From assembly GCF_009834535.1 (NCBI RefSeq), contig NC_045697.1:37016001-37080000 (forward strand): a stretch of 64,000 nucleotides of DNA. Direction: 5' to 3'. Made by a program: the position numbers and the translations under genes. Within the stretch, counting starts at the first letter, position 1. Every line of letters starts with the position of its first letter. Shown piece by piece: positions 38,605 through 49,460 of the stretch. The notes under the pieces are model-generated. The model searched no databases. It worked only from the letters and a program-made list of their open reading frames with translations, and had not been told where the DNA came from. Source of the stretch: Camelus ferus (taxonomy: Eukaryota).

Positions 38605-39614
38605 CGGGATCTGGACTTTCACAAGTGCCAGTCATTCCAAACCTCTTTCGCTTCTGACAGCCTCATGCTCTCTCACCGCCAAGCCGGTGCACGTGAGCTA
38701 GATTCTGTTCCTCTTAGGTTCACAGAGATGTCCCTTCCCTCTAAGAAGCCCGCTCCGACCTCCAGGCTGACTCCTCCTACGTGCTCTGCCATCACTGTGC
38801 ACCCCTAACACTGGCTTACTGCACCATATTGCAGCTTTGTGTTTAATTGATTGTTGGCTCAACTAGTCTATGAACTCTATGCAGGCAGGGCTGAATCCTT
38901 AGTGCTTGGCACAGAGTCATAGGCATTTTAGGCTCAGTATTTATTATGTTGAATTGGATAAAGACAAGCTTCTCCCAGGCCAGCCTGGAGATCCCAATTG
39001 CACACATTCTGGAGAATTTGGGGAGATTCTGTGACCCCTGATTCAAGACTTTGCCTGGTCTGCCTCCTCGAGCTGTCTTCTTCATAACAGTCTCATGAAG
39101 AAATGAGTGTTCCAATGCAGCTCTCTCAATACTGAGCAGTGAGACTGCCATGGGGGACACTGGTGGCTAGACAAGAGGATTCTAGCAAATTCCCTGAAGG
39201 CAAGGACCATATCCATTCTGTTTCCTACTGTAACCCTGATGTGTAATATAGAGCCAGACACAAGGCAGACGATCAACGACTGCTTCTTGAATCAGTGAAT
39301 CACTCTCCAAAGTGGAGAAGAAACTCTGACGGGCACATGCTTTCAGTTTTTGTTGAGTTGAAAACTGGAAAAAGAAACTCTTCCAAAATCAAGGCTGGGG
39401 GAAGTCTGGTGGGGGAGGGTGGCTATGTGTGAGATGCATGCGTGGGACACCTTGCCCTGCCAAGTGCCTCCTCTCAAAGTCTGGGGGTCTCGTGCATAAG
39501 CCTGCAAGACACATCTAAGGCTCCCTCACTGAGCCTCACCCCGAGTTCCTCGACTGAGGCCTCAGCTCCCCTTTCTCCTTGTTTCTTACAGACTCTCTAG
39601 TTGGTGACGCCAGA

Positions 39615-39732
39615 CCTGTCTTCTCATTTTCAATTGTTTTCTCTGATCCTTCCTGGCTCCTTCTGCCTTCCTGCCTGGGGTCCATCTTTTGAGAGAGCCT
39701 GGGACATTGGGGGGTAATAGCTGGGAACCAAG
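39615..39732 (+). repeat. Local direct repeat, copy 2
   Basis: Differs from 38480-38604 by 4 substitutions and G-run length. Confidence 0.95.
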
Positions 39733-41499
39733 ATGCCATGTCCCACCCTTCATTGAGAATATGAAATAGAAAACTAGACTGGCCTCCACCCAGCTCTTAA
39801 GACCAATCCAAGGGAAGCAGGAAACTGGAGATGAGCGTGATTGGCTAACTCTATGGCAAAGCCTGAAGAAGGAAGAGAAAGATAAAAAGTATTGAGTACC
39901 TTCCCGGGCTTCTTATACACCATCTCATTTAATCTTCACAACTATCTATGAAGGGATGTAGTGCAGGCATTTTGCCCATTTGCACAGATGCGGAGACTGG
40001 GGCTCAGAGACATGACCTGTCTTGACCGGATCATACTGTCAACTGAAGCCAGGTCATGGTCAGGCAAATCCTGGCACTGCTACATGCAAATTGCTTAACC
40101 CCTCTGACTTTGTTTGCACATCTATTAAATTGGGGTAATCATGCACAACCCACAGGGTTGTCTTGGGGATTAAATAACAATATCCTGATTAAATAATGTG
40201 GCTCATATTCAAACTTATGTACTATAATTAATGTAGTTGTGGAACCCTGATTCTACTGGCTTTATACTTTACAAGGTTTCTGCTGGAAGTTTTTTGTTTT
40301 TTTGCATCACAGGGCCTTGCTGTACTCCTGTACTCCTGGGACTTCCAGAGGACAAGGCCCTTTCTTCAGTCAAGCTGACCTAAACAGAGCCAGCCCCCCT
40401 TCCCCTCCCAGGCCACAGCTGTGTGTTGGAGAGCTGGATGCAGAGGCCCCTAATAAAGAGCAGACCTCCCAATCGCCTCGTTCCCTCCCCCTCCCCTCAT
40501 GTGGGTTTTCAAATTAAAAGTAACTAAAAGCTAAGCCCCAAAGAGAAGGAGAGGTGAGTAGGAGGCGCAAAAACCTCCCCAAACTGAGGGAGCAGGGCTC
40601 TCTCCCTAGGAAAAGGGTATCCTCCAATCCAGATCCAGAGGTGCCCCAGTCCTCCCCCATCTTTCCCAGCTCTGCAGAGCATGGTCTCCCCTGGGCTGGG
40701 CTGGCAGGAGACCCAGCTCACAGTCTCTGGTCCTCAGGTCAGCACGCAGGCTGAGGCGTTAGGAACCCTAGGAGAGGGTGCCTCTGGTCTCAGCTACAGG
40801 AAACTGCTTTCTACTGCTCTGGAGACAAACCCCTGGAGAGCCCCAAGGAATTCAGAAGAGACCCTACACCCTTAGCCAGCCAGCGACGGAGAAGTGGAGG
40901 TGTTCCAGAAGTCCATGAGGGGGTACCTGTCACCCCAAGTTCCACAGGCCAGTCTGGACCCTTTTGGAGAACTCTTTCTTTTTCTAAGACGTATTCCCTC
41001 TGTATTCTGAGCGTGCAGAGGCTGGGAGCAAGCTTCCAAGCGTCAGCTGGGGCAGACCCGAGGCAAGGGTGGGGTCCTCGCCGGTCTCCCCGCGGGGACC
41101 CCACATCTGTGCGCCACATCCACAAGTCTTCTCCTTGCCTCCCCGACGAAGTTCCCTTCGCTAGGCCCAGGGAGGCGTCTCTTCCAGGGTCAGTCAAGAA
41201 TTGAAGGGGGTGGGGGAAGAGAGAGTTAGCGCCTCCCTCAACCCCAACCACCAAACGGCCCTTCATTTTCATTTCAGGAAGCTAGAAATGTGCCCCCACC
41301 CCATCAACTTCATTTGAAAAAACAACTGCAAATTTGTTTAAATGTGATTTTCGCAACTAACGGCTTTGGTAACTGCTGAAACCATAGGTCTTCTAAAGCC
41401 TAAGGACCTTCTGAATCCTCCGAGGAAAGCAGCACTGGGGTCTGGAGCTGGAGAGCAGGGGCGGAGTAGGAGGAGAAACAAAAAGCCAACTCAGCGGGA

Positions 41500-44364
41500 A
41501 ACGCCCACCAAAACCAAAGGTGTGACGCCCGGAGCTGGAGCGGCGGTCGCCCGGCAGTGGGGCGGGGGCCGAACGCGCGAGCCCAGGAGGCAGGGAAGGG
41601 GGAGATTTTGTTTTTTGTTTTTGTTTTCAGTGACCGTTTTGATTTGGTTGTAAAAACTTTGCAGGGCTGGCTCTACGATATCTCTTTATACCCTAGCCCC
41701 GAATTTCATAGTCGCCTGCGGGCCTAGACACGGGAGGCCACGCAAGAACCGCCACACTCTCCAAACGTGCCCGCCCAGCTCAACTCCCGAGTTGGGACTC
41801 CTTCCCAGAGGGTCGCAGCCTCCCAGACTCCGGGTTTGGGGAGAAAATCCCAATTCTTAACCTCATGATGATGGCTCAAGGGAAAAACACAAGAAGTTGA
41901 AAATCAATACCCGAGTGCAGGCTGGGACCTTGGCACAGCTGCCCAGGCTGGCGAAGGTCACTCCTCGGGGCGCACAGGGTGGCCTGGTCCCCTGCGATGC
42001 CCTGAGCAGAAACCAACGAGACGAGACCCCCTCAGTTCGCCTCGCCCAGGACATGCTTCTTGCCTGCTGCGGCTCCAGGACCACCCAGGACCCTAGGCAT
42101 CAGGGGAACAATCTGGAAGGATCTTAGAACACCGGGAGAGCGAAGCTCGGTTCGCACCACCTTCCTGCGACTCCGGGGGCTGACTGACGCGCACAGACCC
42201 GACCTCTCCAAGCCTTGGACCCGCGGAGGGCGGACGGCAAGATTCAAACCCGCCTATGAGCAGTGGGAGGGATGGGTATGCAGGACTCGTTTTAAGGAAA
42301 GAACCGCCTCTTTTAGAGGGCCTCCAGCCTCGAGGTTGCTCCTGACCACTGGGTTTATTTTGCTTTTGCAGGAGAGACAGATGTTGACCTCAATCCGGTT
42401 TTGCTCGCCCGACTCGGCGAAATCTTTCCCCAACCATTTGCTTCCCTGAGCCACCCCCCACCGGTGCTCTATCCCGGGAGTCGGTTCCCCAGGCCTTTAA
42501 ACCTTCTGGAATGTCACACATGGAAACCTTTAGCAAATGTTTGTTAATGATCATAACAAAGGCATCATTCAAATTAGGCAGGTAATTACTACCAGAAGGA
42601 CAACTGGGTGCTCACTTGCTCATCCATGCTCTCAGCTTTAAACTCGAGAGGAGTTATGGCCTGAAGACACCCCCGCCCAGGCCGCTTTTTGGGCCCCTTT
42701 AAGAGTCTCTGAAATGAACTGTGAAGTTACCATTTGTGGGCGGGGAGCGCTGGGGCCCTGCGTCCTGGAGACCCCAGGCTGGGAGTTTCTCATCGACAAA
42801 GCAGGCCTTCCTGGGTAGGCTTCGTGCCTCGCCTCCTACCCTCTTGAGCACTTAGTATAAAAACGTATATCTCAGCTTGTCTTTATTACTAGCATGAAAG
42901 CCGGCACCCGCTTTAACCCTGTTATTGCGCATTCCGATTTTTTTTGGGGGGGTCTTTAACTCTTGTTCATTATCTACAAACATTACGGTATCCTGTTAGC
43001 ATTCCGAACAAGGGGCTGCTCATATATTTGCCTTCAATGATTTCCTGAAGGAACATGTGGAAGTAATAGTGAGCAGTGCAGTCATCCGAAGTGAAGATGC
43101 ACGAGAGGCCGTTGCGCAGAAGGGCTGGGGGAATGGGGCCTCTAGCCCAACCTCAGGCGTCTTCCCGAGCCTGACACCCAGGAGCCCGCCCCAGTTAAAT
43201 ACAGCACTCTTTGGAGTACTTCTCTGTGACCATCCCCTGCAGGCTGTCCCGTGTCCACCTTAACGAGGGAGAAGGTGATGGCTGTCCCACGTCTCAGTCC
43301 AAACCAGGAGGCCCTGGCCATTCTCAAGAGTGAGTGTGTTAAGTTGTGGGGGAGGGAATGAGGGGTGGGGGTAAGGGTGAGCACCCCCACCCAACAAGAG
43401 CATTCAAAATTAGAGAAGGCGGGGAAGGTGAACGCGCCCCCTCCCCCTCCCTCGCTTGGAAGACTCATTCCATCCTCGTTTGGTTCCTGGAGCGTCAGCG
43501 CCCCCTTTCCTTCGTGAGCAGGATCGCTCTCTCCTGGCGCTGTCTCTTGCCTCGCGCGCCGGACACAGCGTTTCAGCTCCGCTCTCTACCCCAGGGCATT
43601 AGTATGGTCCGACCCCCGCGGCGGGAGGGAGCGCGGGGAGAGTCAAATCGCACCCTCTGCCTGAACGCGGAGGTGGCAGGCTGGTTGTAGACGATTCCTC
43701 GAACGCTCAATCTTAAGCCTTTTTGTGTGCGTGATAGAAGCCAGGACAACCTCGCCCTGATAACCATGAAAACAAAGGCATGACAAGATAAGTACTCCAA
43801 GGGAGTAAAGGTCGTTCTGTCGGAGAACGTGCCAAACCTCCTTAGACCCTCGACTCTCTGTACCCTCCTTCAAACTTGTTTTCAAAACTATACAAAACCC
43901 CAAACCAAAAAACACCCATCATCTTCATATTAGACTCAACAGTTTGCCTAATCCCGTTAAAGGATTAGCAACTACACGGCACTTTCCCTAAAAGACCCCA
44001 GGTTCAAAACGACGCAGCAGCTTAGAGCCTCTTCCGACGGCCTCATTTCTAGTTGGGCTAGGAATTTTACAGAAGGGACACTCTTCGATTCCAGATTTAT
44101 ATTCCCTCCAGGCATTGACTGCAATTTTACCTTTTTTTTTTTTTTTTTTTTACTTTCAAAGAGGCTACAAAGCAACATAGCGTAGGAAAATCAGGAGGCA
44201 AACTCATTCTGGAAATGATGGGCAGTTTGTATTTTCACGAACCTCTTTCCCGGCAGAGCATCAACACCTCCTCCTTCCACCACCCCCACCCCATCTGGTC
44301 TCCTTCTCCCCGCCCCCAGTTGTTGTCGAAGTCTGGGGGCTGGGGCTGGACCCCCTGATTGCGT
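41500..44364 (+). promoter_or_regulatory. PDGFRA: PDGFRA upstream promoter region with CpG-rich patches (41500-42480, 43400-43850)
   Basis: No recognisable repeats, elevated CpG, GC box ccccgccccc ~44308, directly upstream of exon 1. Confidence 0.75.
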
Positions 44365-44686
44365 AAGAGCGAAAAACGAAGGCGCAATCTGGAGGCTGGA
44401 CGATTCAGAGCGCACGGAGTTCGAGGGAAACTTTTATTTTGAAGAGGCCAAGGGGAGGGGGGGGGGCTTCATTTCCTGACAGCTATTTACTTAGAGCAAA
44501 TGATTAGTTTTAGAAGGATGGACTATAACATTGAATCAATTACAAAACGCGGTTTTTGAGCCCATTACAGTTGGAGCTAGAGGGAGAGAAACAGAGGAGG
44601 GGACTACAGGAGAGGACTGAAGGCTGTGGACACAGTTTTTGCTCCATATGTAGGATTATCATTGCGAATTGACATAGGAGGAGAAG
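44365..44686 (+). other. PDGFRA: PDGFRA exon 1 (non-coding 5'UTR)
   Basis: Matches the recalled human 5'UTR (aagagc...gaaggcgcaatctgga...ggaggagaag); donor AAG|GTAAGG at 44687; start site approximate. Confidence 0.88.
44500..44559 (+). CDS. Upstream ORF in PDGFRA 5'UTR (MISFRRMDYNIESITKRGF)
   Basis: ATG 44500 (A at -3), in-frame second ATG, TGA 44557-44559; translation not demonstrated. Confidence 0.5.
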   Translation: MISFRRMDYNIESITKRGF

Positions 44687-45129
44687 GTAAGGGAGGAGAA
44701 AAAGGATTTTTGTTTCTAAGAAGCCCCTAAGCAGGCCCTTTGGGCTAGAAGTGAAGTAACTTCACTTAAACTTTAGGCGATGAGAAAAAAAATATTGGTG
44801 TCGAATTCCAGTTGTGTGTCCAGAGAGTAATTTATTTTGAATAAACTTCACTTGGAAGGAAGATAACCATAGAGTTCGAAAGTCTAAGGATTTTTAAAAA
44901 CACATTTTCCAGAGCTATTTTTAAAAAGCAGTGTTTTTCTAACAACTCTATAGCATCCCAAAGAAATTGTTTAGGCTTACATTTTTGAGGTTTCTTTTGG
45001 GATTGGGGGTGGTATTCGTGTATACTGGGACGAGCACCAAGTAATGCTGGGAGTCGGAGCAGAGGTGTTTGTCCTCTTCTTGGCAGTGGGTCCTGGAAGG
45101 CGACAGGTTTTTAATGAGTATTTTCATTC

Positions 45130-48100
45130 CTGCCCGCGGTTTGGCGGGACCGCGCTGCAGCGGGTGGTGTGGAGCGCGGCTGGAGGACGGAGGGAGGTGG
45201 GGAGAGAAGAGAGCGGAGTGGGGCGCAGAAGGAGTTGCGGGGAGCGGAGGCGTGAAGGGCTTGGCTGGGGAGGGCCGGATCTTGGGTGCCGGATGGGTGC
45301 ACATGGGGCTGACCCAGGGCGCGTAATTACTGGACGGCGCTGCGCCCGCTGCGAGCCGGGCCAGACTCAGCACAACCGTGGCGGCTGCGAGACAAGCAGA
45401 GGGGGCGCGGATATGGGCGAGGGTTTGGGGAGATCCCTAGTGGTTTGTGGGATCAGTGAAGTGTGAGGAAGAGCGGGCGCCAGCCCCGCAGTGCGCTCAG
45501 GGTGCGCGCCCCAGCGCGGGGGCGACGGCGGCGAGGGCGGGCAGGCAGGCAGGCGGTCTGGAGTAATGACAAACACATTTGGCCCCGAGTGAAGAAGTCG
45601 TCGTCGCCTCGCATTCCAGCAACTAGGATTTGAGGAATTCGAACAGTGCTCCAAGGGGATCTCATTGTGCGCGGTGGTCTCCACCCCCATTCATTTCTGC
45701 GCGCCCCCTTTCTCGGTGGAACCGTTTCTGCAAAGACCGGGACTCTGCTGCTGCCCAGTCCTGGCCGCGGGAAGGAAAGAAGGAAGGTCGCCAAAAAAAG
45801 TGCAAAACTTCTTGTGAGTGAAGTTAGGGACAACTCGAAACGGAGAAACTTGGCTTCCAGGTAAGACAGAAAGGTGGGAGGCGAGCCGCCCTCACTACCT
45901 CCCTCGGGGCAACCGAGCCCCGCACCCCTCCTCTCGTGCCCCTTTCAGACCGGAGATGCGTGGCACTCGCCGCCTGCAGTCGCCCTGCACTGCTTCACCC
46001 TCTCTAGTGTCCCTGTTCCACTCTCTGTTCCTTCCTCTCTGCTCGCTTCGGAGCCGTCTCCTAGCGCCCCGCCTTCCACCACCGTCTATCCCCATGGAAA
46101 TCGGCTTTTATACGAGAGATTAACTTCTCCAGGCAGCGCCAGGGGAGCGGGCGGTGTCCACTTGGCTCGGAAACAACTGGGATCAGCGGTTCCGTTAGGA
46201 AAGGGTCTGGGCCAGCTCAGAGCGAGAGGGAGTGTGGCCCGACCGGAGTCTAGCTGCTTGAGTGGGCCAGGAACCCGGACCGCCTGGCCAGGTGTGCAGG
46301 AGCTGCCAGTGCCCTGGCCAAGCGTCTCGGCCGTGGAAGAAGCGCTGGGTTGTCTGTCCGCTGTCCGTCTCTCCCACAGTCAGAGCGCCCGTACCGCATT
46401 TTACTCCCCTAGCCCTGCTAGGAACCCAGGATGTGCAGAAAGAGTGCCTGGAAGAACTTGCCACTAACTCCGTCTCTAAGGATGAGACGCAGACCCGGGC
46501 TGGAGAGGGAGCATGAATGGCCCTTATCAGGTCCTAACTGCCCCGCGCCCAGCCCAGCTGCCTGGAAAAGCCCCGGGCTGCACAGTGTGGGAAATGGCTT
46601 TTTGGCTCCGCAACCGAATTGCTCAACGTTTTGGACAGACTCGCTTTGCCGCAGTCTCTCTCGACCAGAACTAGGCAGCTTTTTAGAGCGGGGAGAGACA
46701 TCCAGGGCAAACGGGGCACGACAACGAGCCTCACAGTTCACGGGACTAACACCTCAGAGCCCAGGGAGGCCCAGGGCCGCCGGAGGGGAGCAAGAGGCAC
46801 CCCGGACGTGCGCACCCCATTCGCTGCTGCGCTGGCTCGGGTTTTAACATTCCCTCCCATCCCCAACCCCCACCTCCCTCTGACCCTCCTGGACCCTGAT
46901 GCTGCTGTTTTGCATCTCTTCCCTCTTGGCTTCCTCCTTTCCACAATCCTCACGATGAAGTGGGCCCTTCCTCCACTCCCCGACAGGCTCAGGCCCGATC
47001 AGCCTCACAGACCCCCTGATGAGTCCCTGCTTCGGACTCTTGGACACTCTTGCTTTTGGTTTGACCCAAGTGTAGCTGGACTCCAGGACTGGAGTCCCAA
47101 GAGCAAGCAGGGTGGCGGGTTGGAGACAGAATACGAGGTGGGAGGAGGAACCGGGAAGGAGCCCTTAGCTGCCCCTCGGCCCTTCCACTAGCCCTTAAAC
47201 CGAGAGGGACGCGAAGCGAAGCCCGACTCCCAGTCTCAGGTCCGCTTTCCTCCAGGGGCGAGGACTGGGAGGGGGGCGGGGGTTGGGGTAGGGGGGAGGG
47301 GCATCGGGCCAGGCTTTCCAGCTGCAAACGCGTCTGGCGCCGAGGCGGGCCCGTTTTGTGCCTCCTGGGGACCAGCCGTGGGCGGCGCGCAGCGTCGGGA
47401 CGCGTCCTGGGGACGTGGTGGCCGGCGCCTTCCTGCAGACCCCAGTGGGTGGGACTCCCTCTGGCCCCCGGGGGGCTATGACAGGGTTATGTGTTGCTGG
47501 TGGAAAAGCGGCAATTCTGGGGGAAAAACCAAAAGCCGGTTCGATGACCGAAAGGTGCGGCTCTCAGCTTCCTTTGCATTTGGTCTTGTGGGGTCCTCGC
47601 GTATCATCAGCCGTCGGGGTGCAAGTAGGGGAGGTCCTGCGGTCTCGCCTCCCGCGCGGGATGCAGTCAGGGCAAATTGTTTTTTTCCCCACTGCTCTCT
47701 AGTCCGGGCTCGCTGGTGCTTGTCTTCTGCTGAAGTGGCTCGTTGGCATTTCTTTTTGTTTTAAACTAAGCAGTGAGCCAAGGATCCGTTGGAAAAGTAG
47801 ACTGGAGTGGGTAGAGCACCTCGGAATTGGGGTGCTTCCTTTCCTGCCTACTGCAGTCTTCCCGGCGAAAGGGGAGTGAGGGGCGCAGGCGGCGCGCGTG
47901 TGCGCAAGGCAGCCTCGGCAAAGCGAGCGTCAGGCAAGTGGGCGCTGGGGAAGACTGGGTTCTTAAAAGCGGAGGGGGCGCAGCCTTGGTTCGAGCGGCC
48001 TTCTCCGCGAGTAGCTGCCCGCGGAGCCCGTGGCGCTTTCGGGCCCATAGGAGGCGCTGGCGCGCGACTGTAACCCTAAACCCCCCAGTCCTTCTCCCTC

Positions 48101-49460
48101 CACCCCGTCCGGCCCCCTCTGAGGTCTCAGCCGAAAACAATGCAAACACTAAGCGTCGTGCCTGGGGCGCAGCGGCCGCCGCAGTTCTGCGGCTAGGAGT
48201 GCACTAAAACCGGGAGCCGGCGGTCATTGCTCCCAGCCCCGGGGTGACCGAGCCGCCGAGGCCGTGGACCGGCTGGAGGTGGAGTGGCCCGCTCCGTGTT
48301 TGTTTGGGTGTGGTGGGTCCCGAGGCCGGACAGTGCCAACGCAGAACCTCCCCGGCGAAGGTGGGCGAGCCGCGGTCCCCGCTGCGCTGTCGGGGACCCG
48401 GAGCCTGAGCAGCCGGCGGGAGCTAGGAGCGAGCCGGGTAAGATTCGTGGGGCTGCCGCGCCCTCTAGCGGGCGTCCGGAGCACCGTCCCGCTCTCCGCC
48501 AGCCTCTGGCGGTCGGCGCCGCCGCGGGGTCGAAGCGCAGCGCTGAGACCCAGGGGCCCCAGGAAGACCAACCTCGGTCAACTTGGCGCCTCCTGGAGGC
48601 CTCGGATACACGCCTGGCAGGCACTGCGTGTGCCGGGGAGGAGCTGGGAAGGCTAGAGGGTCGGAGGTTACCGGGTTTAGGGATGTGGGTGAGGGCGCCA
48701 TAATAATTAAATGTGGGGGAAGCGGGGGGAAGCGGAGGAAGGCGGAGGACATAGGGTTCCGGGCGCGTTTAGGGGTGCGTGGTCACCGATTTTTGTTTTT
48801 CAAGCCCCTCGAAAGTTCTCCTGCCGAGCAGGCGGCCATTTGCTGTTTGTTTGTTTTACGACCCTGTGTTATTGTGCAACAGGAACAGTCCTTTCCAACT
48901 AGCCCTCATTTGCAGGGCTGCCCGGCCCCCGCGGGGGGTTTACGAGGGGGTGACAATGGCCTGCTAACAGATTGGGTAGCGCGGCCGGGCCACGGCGTCG
49001 CGGCTCCCACCTACCACGGCCCAGGTGGTCTCCCTCCCGCGAGTGGGCGGAAACTTCGAGGTGGGGAGAGCTTTCGCCAAACAAAACCCTGAACCACCCA
49101 ACCTCCTCCCGAGTGGCTTTTCCTGCTGAACCTTATACGCGACCTGGGACTGGCAGCGCCATTTTCCTGGCTCCCGAGGCCCAGTCGCCCTGGCGGACCC
49201 GCTGGCAGGGATGATGGTGATGGTGATGATGATCATGATGTCTGTCTCCCAGCGAATTCTCCCGGGGCCCTGTGGAGTGTTAGGCCTTTTTCGTCGGCAG
49301 TTTTCCTATTCCTGCATCTATTCTGCGGGCTTTGAACTGAGGTCACCATGAAACCCAAAAGTACAACGCAAGAAGGGAAGAGTTTGGAAGTAAGTATTTG
49401 GGACATTTTAGCACAGAACTTGCAGCGGCATCTGCGTCCGCACACACCCGGGACCGCCCA
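45130..49460. promoter_or_regulatory. PDGFRA intron-1 CpG island
   Basis: About 4.3 kb of high GC and CpG density. Confidence 0.88.
48458..48471 (-). promoter_or_regulatory. CTCF core motif CCGCTAGAGGGCGC
   Basis: gcgccctctagcgg; a second weaker site gcgcctcctggagg at 48586-48599. Confidence 0.6.
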
